IMG/VR virus record: IMGVR_UViG_3300027749_002876
Coordinates: 248,001-312,000 of that record
DNA length: 64,000 nt
Strand: one strand, 5' to 3'
Positions 1-10,301 of the stretch are shown piece after piece (the stretch's first letter is position 1; each line of letters opens with the position of its first letter). The position numbers were made by a program, and so were the translations under genes. The notes under the pieces were generated by a model. It was not told the origin of the DNA, did no database searches, and worked only from the letters and a program-made list of their open reading frames with translations.

Positions 1-1
1 T

Positions 2-853
2 GAACAAACCACCATCAGCATCACGATGGACCTGCTTGATACGCAACATCTTATCACGATCACCATCAATAGTCAGGTCCAGAAAGTGACAACGTGATTG
101 CAATGCTTCTAAGTGATCCTGTAATTTCTTAGACTTCAAGTTGCCGAATTTCAAGTTAGTGATAAAGATAGCACTACCATTGAAGTTGAAAGTATTCGGG
201 ATACCTTCTTCACGCAACAAACGTGAATCACTGTTCCAGCAAATTCTACGTGTCTTACCTGAATCAAGTGCGGCCTTCAAAATGTTCAAACTCAAGTCAT
301 CAGTAAAAACACTATCACAATCATCAAAAATTAACACATTCTTTGTGTCAGAATATTTGTACAGTTGACTATACAAACCCAATGCTGTCATCGCACCTTT
401 CACAATTTGAAAGCGAACTTTCTTACCTGCAAGCTTGTCAAACATACTTGCTTTTTCCATTTGTGTCTCAACACCATAACTTTTGCCGACACCGGGCGGG
501 CCTGAAACAATCATAGCACGGATATCACCATTGATACAAGCACGTGACATTTCATCAAGGACCTCGAAACGAGTAGCAATACGGTCCATTGCTTCTGTTT
601 CAGTTTCTTTCACAACTTCTTTTGCAAATTTTACTGTATTTTCTATCACATTATCTCCATTCAAAAATTCAATTTGATTAATATTATCAACAAGTACCTT
701 AACTGCAGGGATATTGATTGCGAATTGACCGTCATTTTTTACAGTCACATAACTACCTTTTTTACTTGTCTGAAAACCCTTGACTAGTGTAAACTCAGTA
801 TTGACTACTGCTTGTTTACGATAAGAGCCAGAGAGAATGCGAATAGTAGACAT
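2..853 (-). CDS. P-loop (AAA-like) ATPase, partial (runs off the left end)
   Basis: Not in ORF track; manual translation from ATG at 853 gives MSTIRILSGSY...IVSGPPGVGKSYGV (Walker A); RBS-like AAGGAA and sigma70 promoter upstream. Confidence 0.8.
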   Translation of the reverse strand, partial: MSTIRILSGSYRKQAVVNTEFTLVKGFQTSKKGSYVTVKNDGQFAINIPAVKVLVDNINQIEFLNGDNVIENTVKFAKEVVKETETEAMDRIATRFEVLDEMSRACINGDIRAMIVSGPPGVGKSYGVETQMEKASMFDKLAGKKVRFQIVKGAMTALGLYSQLYKYSDTKNVLIFDDCDSVFTDDLSLNILKAALDSGKTRRICWNSDSRLLREEGIPNTFNFNGSAIFITNLKFGNLKSKKLQDHLEALQSRCHFLDLTIDGDRDKMLRIKQVHRDADGGLF

Positions 854-884
854 TTGTTTCCTTTATTTCAGTGTCAATACAAGT

Positions 885-913
885 ATTGTATCACGTTATC
901 CATTTATTGTCAA
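885..913 (-). promoter_or_regulatory. sigma70-type early promoter
   Basis: TTGACA-17nt-TACAAT on minus strand. Confidence 0.8.
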
Positions 914-923
914 ATTTTGTGCC

Positions 924-1301
924 TTATGCGGCCTTACGAAAATACATATAAGGCAAGCCCAATGTATAGCACAAGTACTCATCATCGCTTTGAGTATCCT
1001 CAGCTTCGTGGATCCAGCGCATTGCTGTTGTACGGTCCTTAGCACCAGCATCAACCAATGACTGAATCCGTTGCTCAAAAACAACAGTTGCAGTAGCTTC
1101 TGCCTCTTTGCGGGCCTTATCTTCGGCTTCAATAGCTACACCAAGTCCTTCAAACTCAGCTTCAAACTGTTCCAAAGTCCAAGTTGAAGTGTCAACACCG
1201 CGAGGGCGAACACCGTAAGCGTCCTTGTACATATCCCAGTAAAGTTCCCGGGCTTGTTCCAATTGTGTCAACTCTTCCCAAGATTTAAATTCTGTAGTCA
1301 T
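924..1301 (-). CDS. hypothetical early phage protein
   Basis: 125-aa ORF with RBS (GAGGA) and own promoter. Confidence 0.75.
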   Translation of the reverse strand: MTTEFKSWEELTQLEQARELYWDMYKDAYGVRPRGVDTSTWTLEQFEAEFEGLGVAIEAEDKARKEAEATATVVFEQRIQSLVDAGAKDRTTAMRWIHEAEDTQSDDEYLCYTLGLPYMYFRKAA

Positions 1302-1334
1302 TTTGTAGTCCTCTTCTTTACTGTCTAAGATTCT

Positions 1335-1363
1335 ATTATAGCAGAAAGCCCATTTATTGTCAA
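1335..1363 (-). promoter_or_regulatory. sigma70-type early promoter
   Basis: TTGACA-17nt-TATAAT, perfect consensus. Confidence 0.85.
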
Positions 1364-1572
1364 ATTTTGGCTATCAAACTAGCATGAATTTCATTCATTT
1401 CCGACTGTTCTACGTAGAAATCGGACCTAGGATCATAGTACTGGCCTTCACTGTTGTCATAATACAACACTCTTCCGGAGAAATTGAACGGGCCTTCTAG
1501 TCCGTTTCTAGGACCATATTTGGTACGCATTTCATCCATCTGATACTTGTCAGCAACAACACGATATCCCAT
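1360..1572 (-). CDS. hypothetical early phage protein
   Basis: 70-aa ORF with own promoter; TGA stop lies inside the next TTGACA. Confidence 0.7.
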   Translation of the reverse strand: MGYRVVADKYQMDEMRTKYGPRNGLEGPFNFSGRVLYYDNSEGQYYDPRSDFYVEQSEMNEIHASLIAKI

Positions 1573-1599
1573 AAATCCCTTTCAACTGAATAAGACTCT

Positions 1600-1628
1600 A
1601 TTATATAGCCAAATCCATTTATTGTCAA
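1600..1628 (-). promoter_or_regulatory. sigma70-type early promoter
   Basis: TTGACA-17nt-TATAAT. Confidence 0.85.
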
Positions 1629-1630
1629 AT

Positions 1631-2089
1631 TTAACCTATTGTGATATCTTCCATACCGGCAGCCCTCAAGCGAACAATATGACCTAACATAAAATTCTTA
1701 GATTCTAAGGCCTTCATAATACCAAGCCAACGATTTCTAAGTAATGCAATTTCATTAATCAATACTTCCATATCAATTACTTCATCTTCACCTTCAGCAT
1801 ACTTTTCAGCATCACGGCTTGTCAATGCTCTATTATATGCTTCTAAATACTTTTGAAAATGTTTTCGGCGAATTTTACGTAATTGGATATTGAGATAATT
1901 CAATACGGCTTCTATCTCTTGTAGTTGATTAAATCTATGCTCAGTAACTCCGGGTATTGCGGCAATGTTCTTTTCAACATTGCCATATACCTTTACTTCT
2001 TGTTTAGCTGAAATTAGTTCATTCTCATAATGAGAGATGAAGTCAGGTAACACACCAAGATTTTGGGTGATGCGTGTATACCAATTCAT
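1631..2089 (-). CDS. uvsY: UvsY-like recombination mediator
   Basis: 152-aa helical protein (YLEAYNRALTSRDAEKY) just downstream of UvsX and gp32-like genes. Confidence 0.65.
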   Translation of the reverse strand: MNWYTRITQNLGVLPDFISHYENELISAKQEVKVYGNVEKNIAAIPGVTEHRFNQLQEIEAVLNYLNIQLRKIRRKHFQKYLEAYNRALTSRDAEKYAEGEDEVIDMEVLINEIALLRNRWLGIMKALESKNFMLGHIVRLRAAGMEDITIG

Positions 2090-2341
2090 TTAATCCCATT
2101 CTTCGTCTGCGTCATCTTCATCATAATCTTCATACGATTCTTCAGTATCGTTGTGTGCCAAATTCTCTTTAAGAGCAGTTAGTACTTCTTTCTCACCCTT
2201 AAAGGTATTTTTGATATCGTCAGCTTCGTAATTGTTATCAATCAGTAGATTGATTAGTGAATCAGCCGCATCGCTACGGTCATTTAAATCAATATGAGAA
2301 CGCAATGCGTCCCATACTTCTGCAACAAAATCTAAGTTCAT
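2090..2341 (-). CDS. hypothetical acidic protein
   Basis: 83-aa ORF coupled between uvsX and uvsY; D/E-rich tail. Confidence 0.7.
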   Translation of the reverse strand: MNLDFVAEVWDALRSHIDLNDRSDAADSLINLLIDNNYEADDIKNTFKGEKEVLTALKENLAHNDTEESYEDYDEDDADEEWD

Positions 2342-3405
2342 TCTGTAACATCCTCCTCCGATGATACATTACTTATCTTTGTTGTTGATTTTTGTGAGTA
2401 CTCAATCATAACTTTGTCTAGGCAGCCATCACTATTTGCTTCCCAAGCTTTGCGAAACTTCTTAATGATTTCACCATCAAGTGTTGTGTAAACTAAACTG
2501 TTACCTTCTTTCTTAACAAGTTCAGCCTTCTCAATCATATCTAATAATCCTGAGTAAGGGCTCATGCCTGTTTCATAAGGAATCTTAACTTGAACACTTT
2601 CAAATGGTTTCGCATAGCGAGTTTTCATAATCTTACATGCGGCACGAATACCTCGTACATCACTAATCTTATTACCATCTTCATCTTCTTTAAGTTTCAA
2701 TTTCTTCATAGCAACTACAATACTAGAAGCATAAACGAAACCTTGACCACCTGATATTTTATCATCTGGATCAAACATATCCTGTGAAGCATATGTGTGA
2801 TTAGTAGCTACTAAGCCAATGCCTAGTGAACCGAACATATTAACACAGTTACGAACAAGTGCTGTTAGTGCTTTAGGCTTACGACCCATGTCACCTTTCA
2901 TATCACCTGCTTCAAACTGATTAACGTCTGTGGGTGTTAGTAACATACCTAAACTGTCAACTACGAACAATACCTTAGGACGATCTGTTTCTGGTAGTGT
3001 TTTGTAATCTTTAACAAACATAGAAATAGTTTTTCCTACTTCGTCAATCATTGCCATGTTTAGTTTTAATAGTTTATTTTCTTCTGTAGATACACCAAGT
3101 GCGTGTAGCCATGCTTCGTCAAGGGCATTCTCGGAGTCAACTAAGACTACAAAAATTCCTTGTTCTTGTGCGTGTCTGACGAGGTTTCCTGAACAGATGA
3201 ACGATTTTCCTGCGCCTGACTCTCCGGCAAAGACAGTAACTTTACCAAGAGGTACGCCTTTATTAAAGTCGCCGCTAATGAGATAATTGAGAGCATAGTT
3301 ACCAGTTGAGATCCAGTCAGTAGGATCGTTAAATCCTATTGATAGACCTTCAATACTTTTTGTAATGTCCTTACGGAACTTACTAATGTCAAAGGGTTTT
3401 GCCAT
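2338..3405 (-). CDS. uvsX: RecA/UvsX recombinase
   Basis: ISTGNYALNYLISG, Walker A GESGAGKS, DSENALD, VVDSL, TNHTY, SGGQG motifs. Confidence 0.93.
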   Translation of the reverse strand: MAKPFDISKFRKDITKSIEGLSIGFNDPTDWISTGNYALNYLISGDFNKGVPLGKVTVFAGESGAGKSFICSGNLVRHAQEQGIFVVLVDSENALDEAWLHALGVSTEENKLLKLNMAMIDEVGKTISMFVKDYKTLPETDRPKVLFVVDSLGMLLTPTDVNQFEAGDMKGDMGRKPKALTALVRNCVNMFGSLGIGLVATNHTYASQDMFDPDDKISGGQGFVYASSIVVAMKKLKLKEDEDGNKISDVRGIRAACKIMKTRYAKPFESVQVKIPYETGMSPYSGLLDMIEKAELVKKEGNSLVYTTLDGEIIKKFRKAWEANSDGCLDKVMIEYSQKSTTKISNVSSEEDVTE

Positions 3406-3597
3406 TTAATTATCCAATTCTAGTGCTAATGCTTCTTTGATTACTTCAAAGAGTTCTTCATCAGTGGTACAGAGAAATTTGTAATTCTTCCAATCATTCT
3501 CTGAATCTCTTCCACCTACTTCAACCATATAACCATTAGTATAACGATTGATTGTAAATGATTCATTTACTTTGCTTAAATTTTCTAGGTATTTCAT
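3406..3597 (-). CDS. hypothetical protein
   Basis: 63-aa ORF with AAGGA RBS, abuts uvsX. Confidence 0.7.
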   Translation of the reverse strand: MKYLENLSKVNESFTINRYTNGYMVEVGGRDSENDWKNYKFLCTTDEELFEVIKEALALELDN

Positions 3598-3605
3598 ATT
3601 ATTCC

Positions 3606-3839
3606 TTATTGCTTGTGTATGCCGTTAGTATATACATGTAACGGTTGTTTGTCAAGGTATTCTGGACAATTGTCCGCAATACGCTCAAGTTCGTAATCAT
3701 TTGGAAAATGTCGTAATGCGGTCCTTGCTTTGTCTCTAATAAGACTAGGCACTCTTGGTGTCTTGCCTGGATCGCATAACTCTTCCAACAACTTTTTACT
3801 TTGCTTTAAAGCACGGTATCGTTCGTCTGTTGTGGTCAT
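3606..3839 (-). CDS. hypothetical protein
   Basis: 77-aa ORF with RBS, in operon. Confidence 0.7.
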   Translation of the reverse strand: MTTTDERYRALKQSKKLLEELCDPGKTPRVPSLIRDKARTALRHFPNDYELERIADNCPEYLDKQPLHVYTNGIHKQ

Positions 3840-3877
3840 GGAATATTCCTTAGGAGGGGCCTGAGCCCCATTACCTA

Positions 3878-4879
3878 TTAAGACTTGTTTTGTCTAGCAC
3901 GAATCATTGCTAGAATGTCTTGTGCTTTGTCACTTGAAGGCTGTGCTGGCGGAATCTTAATTGATTCTGCGGCTGCCATTGCATCTTCTTCCCACGGCGC
4001 TGTAGAAGGTTCTGCTACGGGTGCAGTTGCGGGTGCTCTAGTTTCAGTAGTAGCTGTTGTTTGAACCGCGGTCGCTCCTGCAGGTGCTTCTAATCCATAT
4101 GGACGATAGTAACTACCCCAACGCTCATTATCAAAAGGTTGACCATCAACTGATGCCTCAAACATTTCTTTAATGATACGTAATTCTGCTTCATTTGGTT
4201 TCTTAGGTAAGAAGTCATTCATGTTAAACAAACCATGTGCTTCAATAGCGGCCTGTTCTGTTTCTGTCAATGGTGATTCTTTACGTGCCCAGTTACTTGT
4301 AGAATAATCTGCGTAACCACCTTTACTTGTTTTCTTAACGTTGAAGTCAAGACCACGCATAAGGTCTGTTGGCAATTCTTCCATTTCAGGATCCATCAAA
4401 CTAGATTTGATGATTGTGAAAATCTGTGGACTAATAACAAATCTGCGAATTGGATTTGCAGGAACTTTGTCATCACCCATTGGGTTCTGACGAACAAAAC
4501 CTTGAAATAGATAACTGCGTTTCTTCCAATACTTGTTTGCCATTTCTTTCAGTGTTTCGTCTTTATACCAAGGACGAACTTCGGCCAGTACTGGGCAAGC
4601 ATCGCCATACATTTCCATACACGGAACTTGTACAACTGTTTGCTTAATGTTAGTATCACCTTTTACTCCATTGAATGGAAGTTTAATAATCTGACGTTCA
4701 ACCCAAAAGAATGTGTTAGAATTATTCGCATCTGGCAAGAAACGAATTGTAGCTGTTGTGCCTTCGTCCATATTCCAGTGTGGATAAATTGAGTTGTCAG
4801 ATTGTGTTCCTGAACCCTTGTTGTTTGATTTGTTGTCTTGTGCCGCGATACGGGCACGAATGTCTGCTAATGATGCCAT
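3878..4879 (-). CDS. single-stranded DNA-binding protein (T4 gp32-like)
   Basis: TATIRFLPD, VPC...CPV Zn-like motif, DFNVKKTSKGGYADYSTSNW; adjacent to uvsX. Confidence 0.88.
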   Translation of the reverse strand: MASLADIRARIAAQDNKSNNKGSGTQSDNSIYPHWNMDEGTTATIRFLPDANNSNTFFWVERQIIKLPFNGVKGDTNIKQTVVQVPCMEMYGDACPVLAEVRPWYKDETLKEMANKYWKKRSYLFQGFVRQNPMGDDKVPANPIRRFVISPQIFTIIKSSLMDPEMEELPTDLMRGLDFNVKKTSKGGYADYSTSNWARKESPLTETEQAAIEAHGLFNMNDFLPKKPNEAELRIIKEMFEASVDGQPFDNERWGSYYRPYGLEAPAGATAVQTTATTETRAPATAPVAEPSTAPWEEDAMAAAESIKIPPAQPSSDKAQDILAMIRARQNKS

Positions 4880-4960
4880 GATAATATTTCCTTATAAAAT
4901 TGAGATGGTCTCGTTTTTTAATATTCGCTACTTCCCTATGAAGTAACTAACATTAGAGAT

Positions 4961-4999
4961 AGTATAGCAAAACTATCTGTTAATGTCAATAGTATTTAT
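4961..4999 (-). promoter_or_regulatory. tandem early (sigma70) and late-type promoter of the ssb gene
   Basis: TTGACA(4984-4989)-17nt-TATACT(4961-4966) and ATAAATA at 4993-4999. Confidence 0.65.
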
Positions 5000-5026
5000 C
5001 CCTTTTGCGGGTAAACACATTTTTTC

Positions 5027-6271
5027 CTACGGTTTTTTAACCCTTTTAATAGATGAAAGATTTATGATTCTGTTTAACATATCTATACTTTCGTTAGATA
5101 ATTCTAATTGTGGATCGGGCTTTTGTTGAAATAAAGCATTTTTAGCAATTTTTAAGAAATTAGCCATCATTTCAGATGATGGCATAACACCCTGGTCAAG
5201 TTGTAGTTTTATATAAACTGCTTCATCTTGTAAGGTATCTAATATTTGTTTTTTAGTATACGGTGGATTCGCATTACTTAATTCTTGTTTATAGGCACTA
5301 ATGAAATGCTTATATAAAAATGGAATATTTATTTCCATCCATTTATTAAACTGGTCGTTACTCCAATTTAATCTACCTTCTTCGTTTAATTGTAGTGCTT
5401 CTTTTAAGTTATGATTAATATCTTCTGCCTGTATATCAACATTAGGACCAACCAAATTTGGATAATTAACATTTTGATTGCCACCCTGCTGATCACCTTG
5501 CTTATTTGCAAGTGATTTATAAAGTTGTGTTACAGCGTTTAATAAACCACGTATTTCAGTTGCATCATTTTTTGCACCTGCTTGTAAAGTTTTCAATTCG
5601 TTAGCATCTTTTGCAAATTGTTGAAGTTGAGTTGAAGTATCTGCAAGTTGTTGTGATGTTTGTTTTTTATAATCATTGGTGTTATCTCTATAAGTGGAGA
5701 ATCTTTCTTCTTTATCATCCAATTCTTTTTGAGTAGCTTGAAGTTTTTTGTAAACAGCATCATAGTTAACCGTTGCCTTACTATCAATACTGTTTACTAA
5801 ACTTTGTAATTTTTTAACATCACTATTTTCTGCTGAGGGGTTAGAAGCCAAAGCCATAATTTGTGCTTCCATTTCTTTATACTGCTTAGGATCCAAATTT
5901 GGTTTATCTTTTAATTCTTCTAATTGCTTTTGTAGTTTCTCTAATTCATCACCACTTACTTTTGCTTTTTGTCTAGCGTCAGCACCGCCGGCAGTTACTC
6001 TAGCAGTTAATTGTTTAATTCTTTCAACTTCATCTTCATTGGCATCTAATTCTCCCTGAAGAGTTTGAATAGCATTTCGTTGTGTATTGATTAGATTATT
6101 TTGAGAGGCATCAATTTTTTGTTGTTGATTTAACTTATCAGCCATATACAATGATAATGCCTGTTGGCTATCATAACCGGGAAACTTTAACATGGCTCTC
6201 TGCATTAAATCCTGATCTAAAGATAATGCAGGAGTACTTGGTGCTTCTCTCAACAATGCTGATATTTTCAT
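5027..6271 (-). CDS. coiled-coil protein, probable internal head protein
   Basis: 414 aa, Q/K/E-rich heptads; N-terminal MKISALLRE-A and LxE sites like prohead-protease cleavage sites. Confidence 0.55.
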   Translation of the reverse strand: MKISALLREAPSTPALSLDQDLMQRAMLKFPGYDSQQALSLYMADKLNQQQKIDASQNNLINTQRNAIQTLQGELDANEDEVERIKQLTARVTAGGADARQKAKVSGDELEKLQKQLEELKDKPNLDPKQYKEMEAQIMALASNPSAENSDVKKLQSLVNSIDSKATVNYDAVYKKLQATQKELDDKEERFSTYRDNTNDYKKQTSQQLADTSTQLQQFAKDANELKTLQAGAKNDATEIRGLLNAVTQLYKSLANKQGDQQGGNQNVNYPNLVGPNVDIQAEDINHNLKEALQLNEEGRLNWSNDQFNKWMEINIPFLYKHFISAYKQELSNANPPYTKKQILDTLQDEAVYIKLQLDQGVMPSSEMMANFLKIAKNALFQQKPDPQLELSNESIDMLNRIINLSSIKRVKKP

Positions 6272-6272
6272 A

Positions 6273-7949
6273 TTACTTACTTAATAAACGTCTAATAGTA
6301 TCTAAGTCTTCTTGACCTTCTGTTACAGGTTTTTCTTTATCACTAAATTCAGCACGAATGTTTTGCATTGTTTTTTCACTGGCATGTTTTTGTCCTGCGG
6401 CACGTAGTTTATCCATACCTTTTTTACCGTACTTCTTAATACCAAAAGATGCTTGTAGTGCGCTTTCTTCAATATCATCTTCAATGATATCTGTATCATC
6501 ATTTGGTTTAGCCATGCTAGGTTTACCGTGCTGTGATCCTGCTGGTGCACCTACATCTTTTTGCATCTTTTTCAATAGTTCTTCATCACTGCCATGACCC
6601 AATTTATCTAATACTTTACCGCCAACGGTCTTAACAGCATCTTTGACTTTATCAAACATACCTTCATCCACACCATTTAGTTGGCGTGCTACTTGCTTGA
6701 CCCAACCACTAACATCACTTGACCCAATTTCTTCAACATCACCCACAAAGTCTGCAACATCGGCAATAGCAGCCAATACTTTATCAGGACCGTGCTTCAA
6801 TAATTCAGGGTGTTGACGTATGATGCGGCGAGTTATTGCACTTACAACTGGATCATCAATATCGTCTTCCGATTCTTCTAAATCAAATGCTCTTAAATTC
6901 TTAGCATCTGTTCTTACATTGTGTCCAAGTGTTTCAGCGCCAGGAGCTTCTGTTAAACTATCAGCCCATTCGCTTAACTCACCAACTTCTTTCATCTCTG
7001 CTACTTTCTTTTGTAGCTTGTTCAATATTGGCATTACACTTTCAATACGTGGGTCTAATGTCTCTTGCACAAACAACTCATTCAAATTGTTTTCTTCAGT
7101 TTCGTTTTCCATCAATGATGGTGTCCAGCTTTCAAAGTAAGTATTGTAACCACGATGACCAGTCATTCTACTTAATGTCTCACGTAAACCTTGATAGTGA
7201 TTGATACCTTCATTCACTAGACGTTGTGCAGATTCATTGAACTGACCATTACGTGTAGCACGAACAAACGCACCCATCTTTTGATATTCTTCTACTAAAC
7301 TTGTAACGTGATTCCAACGTTCACCGTGTGGCTTATCACCTTCAGCAATTAGTCGACCATATACTCTAGCAACACCTGGCTTGATAGTTGGAGCTAAGAA
7401 TCTTTCACCCTCTTGGTTCTCTAAAAAGATTTTAGCAATATTACGATAACGTTGCTCACCTTCTTCAATTTGGCGAGTGTGCTGTATTACAATCTTTACA
7501 TTTGGTACAGCATCGTTGTAGCTTGCTTTTTTACCCATTGGGTAATAACCTTCTGATATTCTTTCTTGCTTTTTCATATATTCCCTTTTTGCCATATCGT
7601 GTTTCAAATGGTCAACATTTTTTAACTCAAAACTCAATTGATATTTTTGTGAGAAACGTTTCAATTGATTTAATATTTTATACCAAGATTCATCTTCCCC
7701 ATGACTTTCTTCTTTTTCACTACTTGCTACTTCATCGCTAAAATATATACATAACTTATGTAATCCATCAATAGAGATAGTTACTTTACCGTAATCTTCC
7801 CCGTCTTTGATGAAGTTGAATTGAAATACTTCTGCTTCCTCAGGAGTAGGAATTTCCTTACCTGAGGTATCAAGCATTGTAGGGTCAAACCCTTTACTGT
7901 GTAAAAGGTCAAATAATGAACGGTTTAATGATTCTGTGTTTTTTGGCAT
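6273..7949 (-). CDS. probable prohead core/internal protein
   Basis: 558 aa, many (I/L)xE motifs (ISEG, LTEA, LEES, IEES); downstream of terminase; late-type promoter 4 nt before ATG. Confidence 0.55.
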   Translation of the reverse strand: MPKNTESLNRSLFDLLHSKGFDPTMLDTSGKEIPTPEEAEVFQFNFIKDGEDYGKVTISIDGLHKLCIYFSDEVASSEKEESHGEDESWYKILNQLKRFSQKYQLSFELKNVDHLKHDMAKREYMKKQERISEGYYPMGKKASYNDAVPNVKIVIQHTRQIEEGEQRYRNIAKIFLENQEGERFLAPTIKPGVARVYGRLIAEGDKPHGERWNHVTSLVEEYQKMGAFVRATRNGQFNESAQRLVNEGINHYQGLRETLSRMTGHRGYNTYFESWTPSLMENETEENNLNELFVQETLDPRIESVMPILNKLQKKVAEMKEVGELSEWADSLTEAPGAETLGHNVRTDAKNLRAFDLEESEDDIDDPVVSAITRRIIRQHPELLKHGPDKVLAAIADVADFVGDVEEIGSSDVSGWVKQVARQLNGVDEGMFDKVKDAVKTVGGKVLDKLGHGSDEELLKKMQKDVGAPAGSQHGKPSMAKPNDDTDIIEDDIEESALQASFGIKKYGKKGMDKLRAAGQKHASEKTMQNIRAEFSDKEKPVTEGQEDLDTIRRLLSK

Positions 7950-7953
7950 AATG

Positions 7954-7960
7954 TATTTAT
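7954..7960 (-). promoter_or_regulatory. T4-late-type promoter
   Basis: GATAAATA directly upstream of ATG 7949. Confidence 0.55.
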
Positions 7961-7970
7961 CAAATATTGT

Positions 7971-9518
7971 TTAACCCAGTACCGCATAGAAGGGCAATGG
8001 CATGATGACTTCATCATGGTCACGTATTTGGTTCTCTAAGTCAAAATGATAGTCACTTAATTGCTGTAGCATACGTGTCACTAACAAACTAGCCATAATC
8101 AAGTCATCTGTATCACCAATTTTTGCGGCATAACTACCACCATGTGCAACAAATGCTTTTAATTCACTTATAAGACTACGACTATTTACGGTCATTTTCT
8201 TGCTTTCAACCAATGTTTTGAACTTAGCACAACTTGCTAATTTACTCTTATTAGTAGTATTGAATCCTCTACGTCCTTTACCTGCTTCACTGATAAAGAT
8301 ACCCGGAATATTACTTTCCCCGTATTCATTTAATGAAATGATCGCGGCTTCACCAATTCCATTACATTCAATACTGTAATAGATGTTATTAGGTTCATTG
8401 GTGCATTCTACTATATATTTGCTTATTTGTGCTAATAGTTTAATTTGGCTAGGGATATCTGTTTTATTGTGTTTCCACTCACCCACTTGAGTAGTAGTGT
8501 TTGCTTCAAATATTTGAATAGCAGATGGGTCGCCACCTGTACCAAGACTTGGATCCAATCCTATACAATATATATTACCTTTTGTTGGTTTTTGATACCA
8601 ACGAACTTGTCCTATACGACTTACGGGTTCTATACCTTCCATCATTAACAATGTGTTTGGATTAATCAATGTTTCATCCGCAATAATAAATTCGCAACCA
8701 ATTTCTCGATTGAAACGATCTTCACCTAACTGTGCTTTTATTTCATCAGCCCATTGTTGATCTCGTCCGGGTTGTTCACTCCAATGCGCTCTGTATGCTC
8801 TAAATCCATTAACTCCTACTTCAGTGGTGTTACCAAAATCATCTTCAGTCTTGTTAGCACCTTTCCAGATATAAGCAAACTGATCCTCATCACTGTTTGG
8901 TGTACTTGTAATAATAGCTTTACCACCAGTTGACAATGTTGGTGTAATAGCTGTCCAAAATTCTTTAGCTATACTTGGACGAACGAATGCAAACTCATCT
9001 AAGTATAATAGTGTAATAGACATACCACGACCTGTATTTTCAGTAGTTGTTGCACTAACAATACGACTACCATTCTCAAAGTCTAATGAGCCTTTATTGT
9101 ATGTAGTAACACCTGCTTTAATATGATCGGGGCAGTTTTCATATGCATAACGTATACGTTGCATAATCTCCTGAGCACCTGTATATTTGTGTGCCGCAAC
9201 TAAGATAGTACTGTCTGGAACAAACATTGCATACCAAAGTAAATATCCGGCGGCTGAAGTTGATTTACCACTCTGTCGAGGCATCAAACTAATACTATAA
9301 CGATAGTTGTGATATGTTTCAATCAATCGTTTTTGATAAGCCCAGGGGTGATATACCATACTACCCTTTGTAGGGTGTTGTATCATAAAGAAGTTATCCA
9401 TAAAATATAGATAACCTGTATCTGGGTCACAGCATTTAATAAAATCCTGTAGTTCTTTATCAGTTTTAAAAACTGTTTTAGTGTACGGGTTCTTTACTAA
9501 TGAAGGTGTATTACTCAT
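7971..9518 (-). CDS. terminase large subunit (T4 gp17-like)
   Basis: PWAYQ adenine-binding motif, PRQSGKS Walker A, LYLDEFAF Walker B, TSTPN, GLDPSLG nuclease, DDLIMA. Confidence 0.95.
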   Translation of the reverse strand: MSNTPSLVKNPYTKTVFKTDKELQDFIKCCDPDTGYLYFMDNFFMIQHPTKGSMVYHPWAYQKRLIETYHNYRYSISLMPRQSGKSTSAAGYLLWYAMFVPDSTILVAAHKYTGAQEIMQRIRYAYENCPDHIKAGVTTYNKGSLDFENGSRIVSATTTENTGRGMSITLLYLDEFAFVRPSIAKEFWTAITPTLSTGGKAIITSTPNSDEDQFAYIWKGANKTEDDFGNTTEVGVNGFRAYRAHWSEQPGRDQQWADEIKAQLGEDRFNREIGCEFIIADETLINPNTLLMMEGIEPVSRIGQVRWYQKPTKGNIYCIGLDPSLGTGGDPSAIQIFEANTTTQVGEWKHNKTDIPSQIKLLAQISKYIVECTNEPNNIYYSIECNGIGEAAIISLNEYGESNIPGIFISEAGKGRRGFNTTNKSKLASCAKFKTLVESKKMTVNSRSLISELKAFVAHGGSYAAKIGDTDDLIMASLLVTRMLQQLSDYHFDLENQIRDHDEVIMPLPFYAVLG

Positions 9519-9524
9519 AGTGAG

Positions 9525-9532
9525 TATTTATA
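9525..9532 (-). promoter_or_regulatory. T4-late promoter
   Basis: exact TATAAATA 6 nt upstream of terminase ATG. Confidence 0.7.
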
Positions 9533-9540
9533 TCCATAAA

Positions 9541-9559
9541 AAAACGGCTAAGCCGTTTT
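9541..9559 (-). terminator. intrinsic terminator
   Basis: AAAACGGC-TTA-GCCGTTTT hairpin with T-run after methyltransferase stop. Confidence 0.7.
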
Positions 9560-10249
9560 TTATTTAATATCTAACGGTCGTTGTTTTGTAGCTACAATAC
9601 AGTAAAATACTTCTTTTGCATTATAATCTTCACCTTTTTCGTTTTTACCTTCTAGCGTGAATTCTAAATTGTTAAAGATATTAGCATCAAAGCCACATCG
9701 TGACAGTAATGCTGCCAATTGATTTTGACCTAAAATACTATAATGATTTAGGTTCCATTCATGCTTACGGTCACAATCCGGAGCAGGAACTTCAATGTAA
9801 ATCTTTGCACCTTGCTTTAATATACGATTGTATTCCATTAAACTAAAGATAGGATATGGACTATGTTCTAATGCATGGCGTAAGAAAATAAAATCAACAG
9901 ATTCATCATGGTATCCATCTTTTTGTGGTAAAAAACTTAAATCATACTTCTTGATAGTATGACCTTTATCTTCACAGATTTTAATATCACCCGGACTTAA
10001 TGTTACTCCAGTAAGATTAGTATATCCACGTTCTTTCATACCATCTAGAAAATAACCAGGACCACAACCTAAATCTAAGATTTTACTATCTTTTGGTAAA
10101 TTTAATGGATCAATGTATTGTTTAACAACTTGTGCGGTCAGACTCTCGTGTATCTGGCTGTTACCTTCGTCATATATGTGTGCTTGGTACAGGTATTCAT
10201 TGTAGAATTTAAGTTTTATGAGGTCTAGGGTGTTATTAATATCAATCAT
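9560..10249 (-). CDS. class I SAM-dependent methyltransferase
   Basis: ILDLGCGPG motif I; DFIFLRHALEH; RILKQGAKIYIEVP. Confidence 0.88.
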   Translation of the reverse strand: MIDINNTLDLIKLKFYNEYLYQAHIYDEGNSQIHESLTAQVVKQYIDPLNLPKDSKILDLGCGPGYFLDGMKERGYTNLTGVTLSPGDIKICEDKGHTIKKYDLSFLPQKDGYHDESVDFIFLRHALEHSPYPIFSLMEYNRILKQGAKIYIEVPAPDCDRKHEWNLNHYSILGQNQLAALLSRCGFDANIFNNLEFTLEGKNEKGEDYNAKEVFYCIVATKQRPLDIK

Positions 10250-10301
10250 TGAGATTCCTGTAATTTGATATAATTACTTATTCTCAATATAGGTGATGAA
10301 A